DNA of 64,000 nucleotides from an uncultured Terriglobales bacterium (lineage in GTDB: Bacteria > Acidobacteriota > Terriglobia > Terriglobales > Acidobacteriaceae): the NCBI GenBank assembly GCA_964559345.1, contig CAZLIE010000001.1, positions 11,013 to 75,012 of the forward strand. Reading direction: 5' to 3'. The translations under genes and the position numbers were made by a program. Positions 25,259 to 34,681 of this stretch are shown here, piece by piece. How positions within the stretch are numbered: the stretch's first letter is position 1; every line of letters starts with the position of its first letter. The notes under the pieces are model-generated. The model had not been told where the DNA came from. It ran no database searches and saw only the letters and a list, made by a program, of their open reading frames with translations.

Positions 25259-26101
25259 CTACGAGCTGCTTTCGGCGGGGACTTCGGTTTCGATTGGAGC
25301 TTCGCCGGCGGCGCGCATCATCTCGACAACTTCGGCGGATGATTTCGATTTCCGCGTCTTCTTTTTCTCGGCTTTCTCTGGCTCGGGTTGGGGCTCGTTG
25401 GCGGGATTGTAGAACAGGATTCGTCCACAACTGTCGCAGGTCATCACTTCCGTATCGGCTTTGACCTCGTTCCATTTTTGCGGGCGTAAGAGTACATAAC
25501 ATGCAGTGCAACGCTGTTCGCGGGCTTCGGCGAGCGCCGTCTTGCGTGCCCTGAGAACCCGGTCGTAGAGGTGGAGCAGATCGCTCTGCACCCCTGAACG
25601 CAAGCCCTCGCGCTCGGCCTGAAGTTCTTTCAAGCGCGTTTCGTCCTTTGCGGTCAATCCACGAGCCTCTTCTTTTTCTTTCTCGACCTGAGCTGACTGC
25701 GCCTTCAGCTCGCCCTCGGAGGCCTTCACCTGACGGTCAAATAGCTCGGCGCCTTCCATGATCTCGAGGATCTTGTCTTCGGCTTTGCGTATCTCCGACT
25801 GGGCGAACTCGATTTCGTGCATCAAGGCCCGGTATTGGTCGTTGGTCTTAACGTCGAGCGACTGATCGCGGAACTTCCCAATCTTCTGCTGGAATGCCTG
25901 AATGTCGGATTCGAGGCTGCGGCGCTTCGTGTCCTGGCTCTTCATGGCCGTGCGCGCCTGTTCGACCTTGGCCTTTGCGTCTGCCAGTTGGTGCTCGATC
26001 TCGGCTACGCGCTTGGGCAGCGCAGATACTTCGGCGGAAACTCTGGCGAGTTCCCGGTCTACTTGCTCAAGCCTGGTCAGCTTTTCTAAATCGGGGTTCA
26101 T
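25259..26101 (-). CDS. Coiled-coil / C4 zinc-ribbon protein (COG1579, DUF164-like)
   Basis: Long coiled coil followed by CTACYVLL...CDSCGRILF, the typical COG1579 architecture. Confidence 0.75.
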   Translation of the reverse strand: MNPDLEKLTRLEQVDRELARVSAEVSALPKRVAEIEHQLADAKAKVEQARTAMKSQDTKRRSLESDIQAFQQKIGKFRDQSLDVKTNDQYRALMHEIEFAQSEIRKAEDKILEIMEGAELFDRQVKASEGELKAQSAQVEKEKEEARGLTAKDETRLKELQAEREGLRSGVQSDLLHLYDRVLRARKTALAEAREQRCTACYVLLRPQKWNEVKADTEVMTCDSCGRILFYNPANEPQPEPEKAEKKKTRKSKSSAEVVEMMRAAGEAPIETEVPAESSS

Positions 26102-26212
26102 TAGGTCCTAGCTGGATTTTAGCAGGGATGCGTGGATTGATGCTTCGCTTCTTTGCGGGGTGAATGCTGCAAAACCGGGGGAATCAGGCCGGACTCGGCC
26201 TTGCACAAGCGC

Positions 26213-27523
26213 TCAGAAGAGCTTGTAGCGCAAGTAGATGAGTCCGGCGGCCGCCGTGCCCCCGGTTGCCGCGCCCAGCCAGAAGTTCTGCCACCTGGTG
26301 TTCACGGTCTTCATGATTCTGCGGTCATTCGAGATGATGAGGATGAACAGCAGCGTCGGAATCAGCAACACGCCTGCCAGAATCATCGACCAATACAGCG
26401 CCGTGACGGGATTGATGCGCAGGTAGTTTGCGCCCGCAGCCAGGAACACCGCGGCAGAGATCAGCACATAAAAGCGCTTTGCTTCCCACGGCTTCTCGCT
26501 AAGCCCCGACTTCCATCCGATTGATTGGGCGAGATCGAAGCACATGGAGGCAGTCAGCACTGGAAGCGCCACCATTCCGGAGCCGATAATGCCTATCGCG
26601 AACAGAATGGGGCCCCAATCTCCCACAGCCGGACGGAGAGCGTCGGCTGCCTGCCTTGTAGTCAGATCGATTGCCCTGTCCAGATGCAGCACGGCACTGG
26701 CGGCAACCATGATGGACGAAGCCAGAATGAACGTCACACCCGTGGACATGATCGAGTCGGCCTGATGATGTTCGTGGCCCGGGTCGCTCCGCGAGCTGGT
26801 CTGCCAGATGATGATGTATGGCGTCAGGAAGGAGCCAAAGAGCCCGACGATGTTCTCCGCATAGTCGGCGGTAGCCTGCATGTGCGGAGCGAAAACATCC
26901 CTGATCAGTTGTCCAAGATGCGGCTTCGTGAGCACTGCCGCAACCACGTACAGGTACAGCGGCATGGACAGCAATACCAGAGCGCGAGTGATCTTCTGAT
27001 AGTCCTGGAACACGAGTATGTACCAGACGAAAAACGCGGTTCCGGCAATGAAGAACATCCGCGACAGACCAGTGAGGATCGACAGCGCGTCCGACACCGC
27101 CATGATGTCGGCAATCACCACGGCGAGATTCGTAATGATGGTCAGGACGGCGCCGGCGACCGCGATCTTTCGGCCATAGTTCTCGCGCACAAGATCCAGG
27201 ATTCCTTGTCCCGTCTCAACGCCAATGCGGCTGGTAACGGAAAAAATCGCCAGCAAGAAAGGAATGATGAGAACCACCACCCACATCAGCGAGTGGTAAA
27301 AGGCGGCACCAGCAATGGTCGTGGTGATAACCGCAGACGGATCGAGGTTTGCCGCACCAGTAACGATGCCCGGTCCGATGCGCCAGATGCTCCATTTCTG
27401 ATTTGGAGCGGAGGGATCGCCCGCCGCGGGGAACCTGACCACGCGTCCTCGATCGTTGGCTGAGCCTCTTCTTTGGGATGGATCAGGGGATTTTGGGTAG
27501 CTCACGTCGCAGGTCACTCTCAA
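26213..27523 (-). CDS. NRAMP-family divalent metal cation transporter
   Basis: About 11 TM segments. GPGIVTGAANLDPSAVITTTIAGA resembles the Nramp N-terminal DPGN-type region. The start is uncertain; the annotated ATG overlaps the upstream gene by 41 nt, and an internal GTG near 27442 is possible. Confidence 0.75.
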   Translation of the reverse strand: MRVTCDVSYPKSPDPSQRRGSANDRGRVVRFPAAGDPSAPNQKWSIWRIGPGIVTGAANLDPSAVITTTIAGAAFYHSLMWVVVLIIPFLLAIFSVTSRIGVETGQGILDLVRENYGRKIAVAGAVLTIITNLAVVIADIMAVSDALSILTGLSRMFFIAGTAFFVWYILVFQDYQKITRALVLLSMPLYLYVVAAVLTKPHLGQLIRDVFAPHMQATADYAENIVGLFGSFLTPYIIIWQTSSRSDPGHEHHQADSIMSTGVTFILASSIMVAASAVLHLDRAIDLTTRQAADALRPAVGDWGPILFAIGIIGSGMVALPVLTASMCFDLAQSIGWKSGLSEKPWEAKRFYVLISAAVFLAAGANYLRINPVTALYWSMILAGVLLIPTLLFILIISNDRRIMKTVNTRWQNFWLGAATGGTAAAGLIYLRYKLF

Positions 27524-27851
27524 TCTTTCGTTCGTGCCACAGGCGCAAGGGACGGCTATACGTGATCAGCCCAAACGCAGCGATAGCGGCCAGCAACAGC
27601 GTGTTACTTCCCCACAACAGAACTCGGGAGATCTTGGTATGCGCGATTTGCAGCAGCACCGCCGTATTTTGCGGCGTCAACAGGAGGCCCGCGGCCAGCA
27701 GGAGCAGGCCCAGTCCGGCTAACAAGCTGGTTACATTCTTAGCCCACCGGCCTTTGGCGTGATACTCGGCAAAGAGACGGAACCCATAGACGGTGAGCGC
27801 GACGATCAAAAAATAGCTCGCTCCGGTCGCCACTGCTGCTCGAAGTTCCAT
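27483..27851 (-). CDS. Hypothetical small membrane protein (3-4 TM)
   Basis: Hydrophobic segments YFLIVALTVYGF, LLAGLGLLLLAAGLLL and LLLAAIAAFGLI. No family recognised. Confidence 0.45.
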   Translation of the reverse strand: MELRAAVATGASYFLIVALTVYGFRLFAEYHAKGRWAKNVTSLLAGLGLLLLAAGLLLTPQNTAVLLQIAHTKISRVLLWGSNTLLLAAIAAFGLITYSRPLRLWHERKIESDLRRELPKIP

Positions 27852-28008
27852 TCTGCTGATTAAGACGCACGGCAGCTTTAGGAGGTTGGAATCCAGAGTA
27901 GATGATTTCTACTTAGTCTCGTATTTGCTCGTGGTTACGCTGGTTGGCAGCCAAGGCAGGCGAAAAGCGCGAGATGCCAATGCAGTAATCGTCAGAAAAC
28001 GAAAGGAG

Positions 28009-29391
28009 TTACTCTCCTGCAACGGTCATTCCTTCAATACGGATGGTGGGCGCAGCCACTGAGCTGCGAAATTCGAGGTCGCTGCCAATCACGGAAATGT
28101 TGCGGAACATGTGTTTGAGATTGCCGGCGACGGTGATCTCCTCGACCGGGTAGGCGAACTCGCCATTCTCGATCCAGAGGCCCGATGCGCCGCGAGAGAA
28201 GTCGCCGGTCACCAAGTTCACGCCGAAACCGAGGAACTCGGTGACGTAAAGTCCGCTGCGAACGTCCCGAATCATCTCCTCGCGCGACTTTCCGCCCGCT
28301 TCGAGATAAAAATTGCCTGAGCCGATGCCGGGATTACCGACCAGGCCGCGAGCAGCGTTGCCGGTGGTCTTGAGGCCGAGCTTTTTCGCCGTATAGGTAT
28401 TCAGCAAGTAGCTCTTCAGCACGCCGCGTTCGATCACAACCGTCCGGCGCGTGGGCACTCCCTCGCCGTCAAATGGTGATGAACCGAAACCGCCGACCAT
28501 CGTTCCGTCATCGACGATGGTGACGTTCTCGCCTGCGACCTGCTCGCCGAGCTTTCCGGCGAGGAACGACGCGTGGCGATAGATGGCATCGCCATTCACT
28601 GCGTCGAAGATGTGATCGATGAGCCCGCGCGAGACCATCGGATCAAAGATGATTGGGACCTTCTGCGTCGGCATCTTGCGCGCACCGAGCCGGCGCAGAG
28701 TGCGTTCCGCCGCTTTGCGGCCGACCCCTTCAGGCGACTCGAGCTTTTCGAGTGTGCGCGAGGTCGAGTACCAGTAGTCGCGCTGCATCGCTCCACTCGT
28801 ATCTTGGGCAATCGGAATCGCCGAGATCGAACAATAAGAACGCCGATATTCGCCGACAAACCCGAGCGAGTTAGCCAGGACTTTGTATCCGGTCGCCGCG
28901 TCGAACGAGCCACCTTCCGAATTGGTGATGCGGGAATCGACGCCAAGCGCGGCAGCTTCCGTCCGTCGAGCGTAATCGATGCGGTTGGCGGTTGGCAGCG
29001 AGTAAACGTCGTCGTAATAGAGATTGAGATCTTGCTTCAATGAGCCGAGCAACGCGGCGTCGGGCAAACCGGCGTTCGGATCTTCAGATGTGGCTCGCGC
29101 CAACTGAATTGCACTGGAGATCAGCCGCTCGATGCCTTCGCGCGAGAAGTCGCTGGTGTGAGTGCCGGCCGTCTGCTTGCCGACAAAGACGCGCAATCCC
29201 AACGCCCGCGCGCCAGACTCCTTCAGCGTCTCTACTTCGCCAAGCCGGACGAGCGTAGAGAACTCGTTGCCATCACGCGCAATCGCATCGGCAGATGTAG
29301 CTCCCGCCTTGATCGCGCGCTCGACCACGTCAACCGCGATCTCCTTCAGGCCTTGCCCGAGTTCGATTCGTTCCTGGGTTTCAACTGGCAT
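28009..29391 (-). CDS. pmbA: TldD/PmbA-family metalloprotease, PmbA subunit
   Basis: PmbA_TldD family layout. Lacks the HExxxH found in its partner. Adjacent to tldD. Confidence 0.85.
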   Translation of the reverse strand: MPVETQERIELGQGLKEIAVDVVERAIKAGATSADAIARDGNEFSTLVRLGEVETLKESGARALGLRVFVGKQTAGTHTSDFSREGIERLISSAIQLARATSEDPNAGLPDAALLGSLKQDLNLYYDDVYSLPTANRIDYARRTEAAALGVDSRITNSEGGSFDAATGYKVLANSLGFVGEYRRSYCSISAIPIAQDTSGAMQRDYWYSTSRTLEKLESPEGVGRKAAERTLRRLGARKMPTQKVPIIFDPMVSRGLIDHIFDAVNGDAIYRHASFLAGKLGEQVAGENVTIVDDGTMVGGFGSSPFDGEGVPTRRTVVIERGVLKSYLLNTYTAKKLGLKTTGNAARGLVGNPGIGSGNFYLEAGGKSREEMIRDVRSGLYVTEFLGFGVNLVTGDFSRGASGLWIENGEFAYPVEEITVAGNLKHMFRNISVIGSDLEFRSSVAAPTIRIEGMTVAGE

Positions 29392-29407
29392 TGATTTGGA
29401 TATGGCT

Positions 29408-30871
29408 CTAGCCGGTACCGCCGACGGTCAGGCGATCAATTTTCAACGTCGGCATACCAACGCCGACCGGTACGGATTGTCCATCTTTGCCGCAGGTACC
29501 GACGCCTTCATCGAGCTCCAGATCATTGCCGACCATTGAAACGCGTGTGAGCACGTCAGGGCCGTTGCCGATCAGGGTTGCATTCTTCACCGGCGCGGTG
29601 ATCTGGCCGTCTTCAATCAGGTAGGCCTCAGACGCGGAGAAGACAAATTTTCCGTTCGTGATGTCCACTTGCCCCCCACCGAAGTTCACGGCAAATAGTC
29701 CGCGCTTTACCGACTTGATGATGTCTGCCGGATCGTCCTGCCCTGCGAGCATGTAGGTGTTGGTCATGCGTGGCATCGGGATGTGTTCGTAACTTTCGCG
29801 CCGGCCATTCCCGGTATCGGCAATGCCCATCAGTCGTGCTGAAAGCTTGTCGCTTATGTAGCCCTTCAGGATGCCGTTCTCAATCAGGGTGGTGTGCTGC
29901 GTCGGCGATCCTTCATCATCGACATTGATGGATCCGCGACGAGACGGCATGGTGCCGTCGTCAACGACCGTGACCTTCTCGCTGGCTACTGGCTTGCCAA
30001 TGAGTCCGGCAAATGCAGACGTTTTCTTGCGATTGAAGTCCGCCTCGAGACCATGTCCGACGGCTTCGTGCAGCAGCACGCCTGGCCAGCCCGGACCGAG
30101 CACAACTTCCATTTCGCCGGCCGGCGCCTCGCGCGCATCCAGCTGAATGATGGCTTGGCGGGTCGCTTCCTGCGCGAAGTATTCAGGCGTCTTCTCGGTC
30201 TGGAAGTACTCGATTCCAACCCGTCCGCCGCCACCGGAGTTTCCGCGGGATGAGCTCTGCTCGTCTTTTGCGATACAGAAAACGTTCATGCGGGCGAGCG
30301 GCTGCGAGTCAGAGGCGATTACTCCATCCGATCCGACCACCAGGATGCGGCGCAACTCGTCTGCATAACTTGCGCGCACTTGGACGATTCGGGAATCAAA
30401 GCTGCGCGCCTTACGGTCTGCCTGGTGCAGCAATTTGACCTTGGCGGCCACCTCCGCATCCACGGACGGCGACGCGACGGCATAAAGCGTGTGCCCACCT
30501 GTCGTGTCTTTGAGATTGGCAATCGGCTGCTTGTTCGGCCCGCTTGCGATCAATGCCGCCGTTCGCGCGGCACGCAGAATGCGTTCCGGCGAGAGATCGT
30601 CGGTATAGGCGTATCCGGTGCGCTCTCCGGAAATGACTCGAACACCGCATCCGGCCGAAATGCCCTGGGTAGCCGACTTGATTAACGACTCGTCGAGGCT
30701 CAGCGACGTCGAGGTCAGATATTCAAAGTAGAGGTCGGCGTAATCGCCTCCTGCTGAGAGTGCCTGAGCCAGATAGCTTTCAAGGTCTCGATTCGTGAGA
30801 CCTAGCTTGTGAAAGAAAAATGCGCGATGATCCATGGAATTCAGCTTCTTAGCCGCAAGCTCCGCAGCCAC
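29408..30871 (-). CDS. tldD: Metalloprotease TldD
   Basis: LLHEAVGHGLEADF (HExxxH) and a glycine-rich C-terminus (GxC...GKDGQ), typical of TldD. Confidence 0.88.
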   Translation of the reverse strand: MAAELAAKKLNSMDHRAFFFHKLGLTNRDLESYLAQALSAGGDYADLYFEYLTSTSLSLDESLIKSATQGISAGCGVRVISGERTGYAYTDDLSPERILRAARTAALIASGPNKQPIANLKDTTGGHTLYAVASPSVDAEVAAKVKLLHQADRKARSFDSRIVQVRASYADELRRILVVGSDGVIASDSQPLARMNVFCIAKDEQSSSRGNSGGGGRVGIEYFQTEKTPEYFAQEATRQAIIQLDAREAPAGEMEVVLGPGWPGVLLHEAVGHGLEADFNRKKTSAFAGLIGKPVASEKVTVVDDGTMPSRRGSINVDDEGSPTQHTTLIENGILKGYISDKLSARLMGIADTGNGRRESYEHIPMPRMTNTYMLAGQDDPADIIKSVKRGLFAVNFGGGQVDITNGKFVFSASEAYLIEDGQITAPVKNATLIGNGPDVLTRVSMVGNDLELDEGVGTCGKDGQSVPVGVGMPTLKIDRLTVGGTG

Positions 30872-31036
30872 TTCAGATTAACACCTTCGAAATGTCGCCC
30901 GCCTGCAGCCAACATTTGCGTGTGCATATAGATGTACGCGAGTGCCGTTTCGGCTCTGAATGAGTCTTGGAATGAAACATCTACTCTGGATTTAGGTAGC
31001 GTGCAACCCCGTCCGTGATGAGAATAAGGAATCGGC

Positions 31037-32263
31037 ATGAGGCACGCCGCCGATCCATTTCTGCTGCAGTTACTGGTGATCTTCCTCTGGGCGAAGATTT
31101 TCGGTGAACTGTTTGAGCAGCTGTCATTGCCTGCGGTGCTCGGGGAGATTCTCTCGGGCGTCGTGCTGGGCCCGTATTTGACAGGATTTGTAGTTCCCAG
31201 CGACGCCACGATTTCCTTCGGCGAGTTGGGAGCGATTTTCTTACTTTTCACCGTCGGACTCGAGACTCGACCAAAAGAACTGATCCGCATCGGCGCCTCT
31301 GCCTTAGGTGTGGCAACAGCCGGAATGGCGCTTCCGTTCGTCCTCGGCTTCTCTTACATGATGCTGCGCAATCATCCGGCTCACGAGGCGACATTCATTG
31401 CCGCGGCCATGGTTGCGACGAGCGTTGGCATTACTGCGCGCGTGCTCGAGGATCTTGCAGTCATGTCCACCCGAGCGGCGAGGATCATCGTCGGCGCGGC
31501 CGTCTTTGACGACATCCTTGGCATGGTGCTGCTTGCCGTCGTCGTGGGCTTGGTTTCTTCCGGCGCGATTGCCTGGATTCAGCTCACGCTGCTGCTCGTA
31601 GAAGCCGTAGGATTCGCCTTGATCATGATCTTTTTCGCTCCCACCATTATCGAGCGCATGCGGCCCGGACTTGAGCGCATGGAAACGCATAACGCGCCGC
31701 TGGTGCTTGCGTTGGCCATCTGTCTTGCGCTCTCGGTGGTAGCCGAGCAAATTGGGATGGCCGCGATTATCGGAGCGTTCTTTGCCGGCATGTCCTTTGC
31801 CGAATATGCGCCGGAATGGAACCTGATCCCACGCGTATCCGCCATCAACGAATTTCTCGCTCCATATTTCTTCTTCATTATGGGCGCGAAGCTCAACCTG
31901 AGCGTATTTGGAAGCAAGGTACTCGTCTCCGCGATCGTCATTTCCATATTGGCCATCGCTTCGAAGGTGATTGGCTGCGGATTGCCAGTGCTGCGAGAAG
32001 GTTGGCAGACGGCGGCGAAAGTTGGTGTCGGCATGACGCCGCGCGGCGAGGTTGGACTGATCGTCGCCCTCATCGGCGTCCAAATGAAGATGATTTCGGA
32101 TGCGGCATACGCAATCGTTGTGTTCATGACCGCGGCTACGACAATGTTCGCACCGATCACGCTGCGGTATCTTTATCGCCGCTATCCTGCGAAATTCGAG
32201 GACGAGGAATACGAACCCGAAGTCCTCAAGGAAACCGCCAGCCCACATGCCGACCTGTCGTGA
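31037..32263 (+). CDS. Cation:proton antiporter (CPA2, Kef/NapA-type Na_H_Exchanger domain)
   Basis: About 12 TM segments. LPAVLGEILSGVVLGP, LLFTVGLE and MTPRGEVGLI are typical of CPA2. Confidence 0.85.
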   Translation: MRHAADPFLLQLLVIFLWAKIFGELFEQLSLPAVLGEILSGVVLGPYLTGFVVPSDATISFGELGAIFLLFTVGLETRPKELIRIGASALGVATAGMALPFVLGFSYMMLRNHPAHEATFIAAAMVATSVGITARVLEDLAVMSTRAARIIVGAAVFDDILGMVLLAVVVGLVSSGAIAWIQLTLLLVEAVGFALIMIFFAPTIIERMRPGLERMETHNAPLVLALAICLALSVVAEQIGMAAIIGAFFAGMSFAEYAPEWNLIPRVSAINEFLAPYFFFIMGAKLNLSVFGSKVLVSAIVISILAIASKVIGCGLPVLREGWQTAAKVGVGMTPRGEVGLIVALIGVQMKMISDAAYAIVVFMTAATTMFAPITLRYLYRRYPAKFEDEEYEPEVLKETASPHADLS

Positions 32264-32303
32264 ATGGAAGTTCTATAATCCTCAATTCACCTGACCACAA
32301 CGA

Positions 32304-33050
32304 ATGAAACCACTGGACGGTCGTGTCGCACTGGTGACGGGGGCATCGCAAGGAATCGGGCGTGCCTGCGCAATCCGTCTCGCCAGAGAAGGAGCTCGCG
32401 TGGCTTTGGCCGCGCGCAATTTTGAGAAGCTTCAGCAAGTCGAGAGCGAGATCGCTTCCGCCGGCGGCGAGGCCGCAAGCTTCGCGATGGATGTGGCGCA
32501 AGAGGAGCAGATCAAGTCTGCAACGAAGAGCGCGATCGAACGCTTCGGCAAGATCGACATCCTCGTGAACAACGCCGGTATCACCAAGGACCAACTGCTG
32601 ATGCGAATGAAGCGCGCAGACTGGGATGCCGTGCTGAACACGAACCTCACTGGTCCGTATCTGTGCATTCAGCAGGTAATTGGCTCCATGCTCAAGCAGC
32701 GCTGGGGACGCATCATCAACATCACCAGCATCTTTGGACAGATGGGTCAGGCGGGACAGGCGAATTACGCGTCGTCAAAAGCGGGCTTGATCGGATTAAC
32801 CATGGCGGTCGCTCGTGAAGTCGCATCGCGCAACATCACCGTGAACGCAGTCGCCCCCGGATGGATTCAGACTGCGATGACCGAGGTTCTCAGTCCTGAA
32901 CTGAAAGAGACAATGGCGAAGACGATTCCGCTGGGACGCGCAGGAACGGACCAGGAAATCGCGCACGCGGTTTGCTTCTTAGCCTCGCCCGATGCGGGCT
33001 ACATAACCGGACACGTGTTGAACGTGAACGGCGGAATGCTGATGGGTTAA
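32304..33050 (+). CDS. fabG: 3-oxoacyl-[ACP] reductase
   Basis: VTGASQGIGRA, NNAGI, catalytic YASSKAG, and end-to-end FabG-like sequence ending HVLNVNGGMLMG. Confidence 0.9.
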   Translation: MKPLDGRVALVTGASQGIGRACAIRLAREGARVALAARNFEKLQQVESEIASAGGEAASFAMDVAQEEQIKSATKSAIERFGKIDILVNNAGITKDQLLMRMKRADWDAVLNTNLTGPYLCIQQVIGSMLKQRWGRIINITSIFGQMGQAGQANYASSKAGLIGLTMAVAREVASRNITVNAVAPGWIQTAMTEVLSPELKETMAKTIPLGRAGTDQEIAHAVCFLASPDAGYITGHVLNVNGGMLMG

Positions 33051-33070
33051 GTTCTTAAATTCTTCGCCAA

Positions 33071-34219
33071 CTACACCATTGCCGGAGCAGCGAGTTGCAT
33101 CTCGAAGAATTCATCCACGCGCGAAAGAATGTCTTTCGCAGTCTTCGCTTCGTACACCGCTTTGCGCAGATGGCTGCCATGAGTAACGCCGTGAGTGAAC
33201 CACGAAGTGAATTGCTTCATCTTCCCTACCGCGTCCGGTAGTTCCTCTTCCACCAGCATAGAAAAGTAAGTACGGATCATCTGCCAACGGTCTTCTTCGG
33301 TCGCATGCGTGTAGGTGCCGATGCCGGTGGCCTGCTTCGATGCGGTGTATTCGGCGATCTGGCGGAAGATCCACGCATTGGAAGGCACGGTCCGGCCAAT
33401 CATGACGGCGTCACATCCAGTTTGCTCAACCATGGCTACGGCGTCCTCAGGCGTGCGAATGTCGCCATTTCCAATGACTGGGATTTTGATTGCGTCTTTG
33501 ACTGCTGCAATGTATTCCCAGCGCGCATTGCCGCTGTATCCCTGCTCGCGAGTGCGCGCGTGCAGAGCGACAGCATTGAGTCCACAGTCTTCAGCAAGCT
33601 TCGCTAACTGCACGCAAACGATCTCTGCGTCCGACCATCCCATCCGGAACTTGACGGTAAACGGAATCGTTACTGCCACCCGCACCGCGTCGAAAATCTT
33701 TTGAATTTGCGGCAGATCGCGCAGTAGTCCGGAGCCGCCATTGCACTTGACCACTCGCTTGGCAGGACAGCCCAGATTGAGATCGACCATGTCAAATCCA
33801 AGCTGCTCGACGACCCGGGCTGCATCGGCAACGACCTTTGCGTCTGATCCGAATAGTTGCGCGGAGATTGGATGTTCGTCCTCGTAAAACGTGAGGTACC
33901 GTTTGCGGCGTGATTCGCGGCAGCGCGCCAACCCGTCGGCAGAAGTGAATTCGGTCATGATCAATCCGCACCCGGACTGGAGATTTGAAATTCCAGCTTC
34001 GACCGCGGAGATCAGATTCTGGCTTTCGGGTTGGTGCGCGCGTGCGTCGAAGACGCTGGCATTACGGATGAAGCGGCGAAAGACTGTATCGGTTACGCCA
34101 GCCATGGGCGCCAACACCGTGGCAGGCGCGATGTTTACGCTTCCGACCTGCACGTCAGCGGGGACGTATGCCTCTGCCGGCATAGCATGACTGATCGGAT
34201 TGTCCCAAGCTTTCCGCAT
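33071..34219 (-). CDS. dusB: tRNA dihydrouridine synthase
   Basis: LAPMAGVTD, DLNLGCP, LHARTR and GNGDI motifs. The start may be the downstream ATG at 34183. Confidence 0.88.
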   Translation of the reverse strand: MRKAWDNPISHAMPAEAYVPADVQVGSVNIAPATVLAPMAGVTDTVFRRFIRNASVFDARAHQPESQNLISAVEAGISNLQSGCGLIMTEFTSADGLARCRESRRKRYLTFYEDEHPISAQLFGSDAKVVADAARVVEQLGFDMVDLNLGCPAKRVVKCNGGSGLLRDLPQIQKIFDAVRVAVTIPFTVKFRMGWSDAEIVCVQLAKLAEDCGLNAVALHARTREQGYSGNARWEYIAAVKDAIKIPVIGNGDIRTPEDAVAMVEQTGCDAVMIGRTVPSNAWIFRQIAEYTASKQATGIGTYTHATEEDRWQMIRTYFSMLVEEELPDAVGKMKQFTSWFTHGVTHGSHLRKAVYEAKTAKDILSRVDEFFEMQLAAPAMV

Positions 34220-34339
34220 CGCTTCTAGCAGTTTCGCATAGCTGGAGCCGCGATTCTAGCTGGCAGCGAGGGTCCGGCGTGGTGATACCGGCTTGAATCT
34301 GGCGGCGGAAAATGCCAGTCGAAAAGGATAGCCTGGAGC

Positions 34340-34546
34340 TTAGTTCAGTTCCGCAAAGTCCATGCCGTCGGCGTATTGCAGCCCCGCAATCATCTTGGCC
34401 CGGTACTGCACTTCAAGGTAGGCCTTGAGGATCTCGATATGCATTTGTTCGCGTTCACAAGGACGGTTGCAGGAGGTGCGGGCCAGATCGAGCTCAATGT
34501 AGCGGTCATGAGCTTCAACGAATTTGGTGATCACAGCAGAGTTCAT
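34340..34546 (-). CDS. Hypothetical small protein (68 aa)
   Basis: Isolated ORF in a 460-bp gap. No clear RBS and no family recognised. Confidence 0.3.
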   Translation of the reverse strand: MNSAVITKFVEAHDRYIELDLARTSCNRPCEREQMHIEILKAYLEVQYRAKMIAGLQYADGMDFAELN

Positions 34547-34681
34547 GACTAACCACTGTATGGGTTCGGACAGAAACCCGCATATCCTACAAAAGCCTTA
34601 GTAACAGTGCTTAATCAAACTCTAGGCAGGACCCGTCGTTCTCAGGCGGTTACCGGACGCTTGATGAAGTAATCCGTCGTT

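Noticed and set aside
25182-25511. N-terminal ORF extensions: rlmI (to 25511), moaC (12030-12290), LolA-like gene (55637-56077), TPR-peptidase (48862-49047), CrtI-like gene (51979-52146)
   Set aside because: The extensions overlap neighbouring genes or are R-rich and non-coding-like. Internal starts give canonical N-termini or signal peptides, and in one case ATGA coupling.
26525-27463. 312-aa ORF antisense to the NRAMP gene; similar antisense or alternative-frame ORFs at 31304-32248, 31579-32160, 20005-20745, 21180-21863 and 50602-51396
   Set aside because: All are fully nested in well-supported genes (NRAMP, antiporter, recQ, LMF-like). Their composition is R/H/G/P-rich and non-protein-like, and they lack RBSs.
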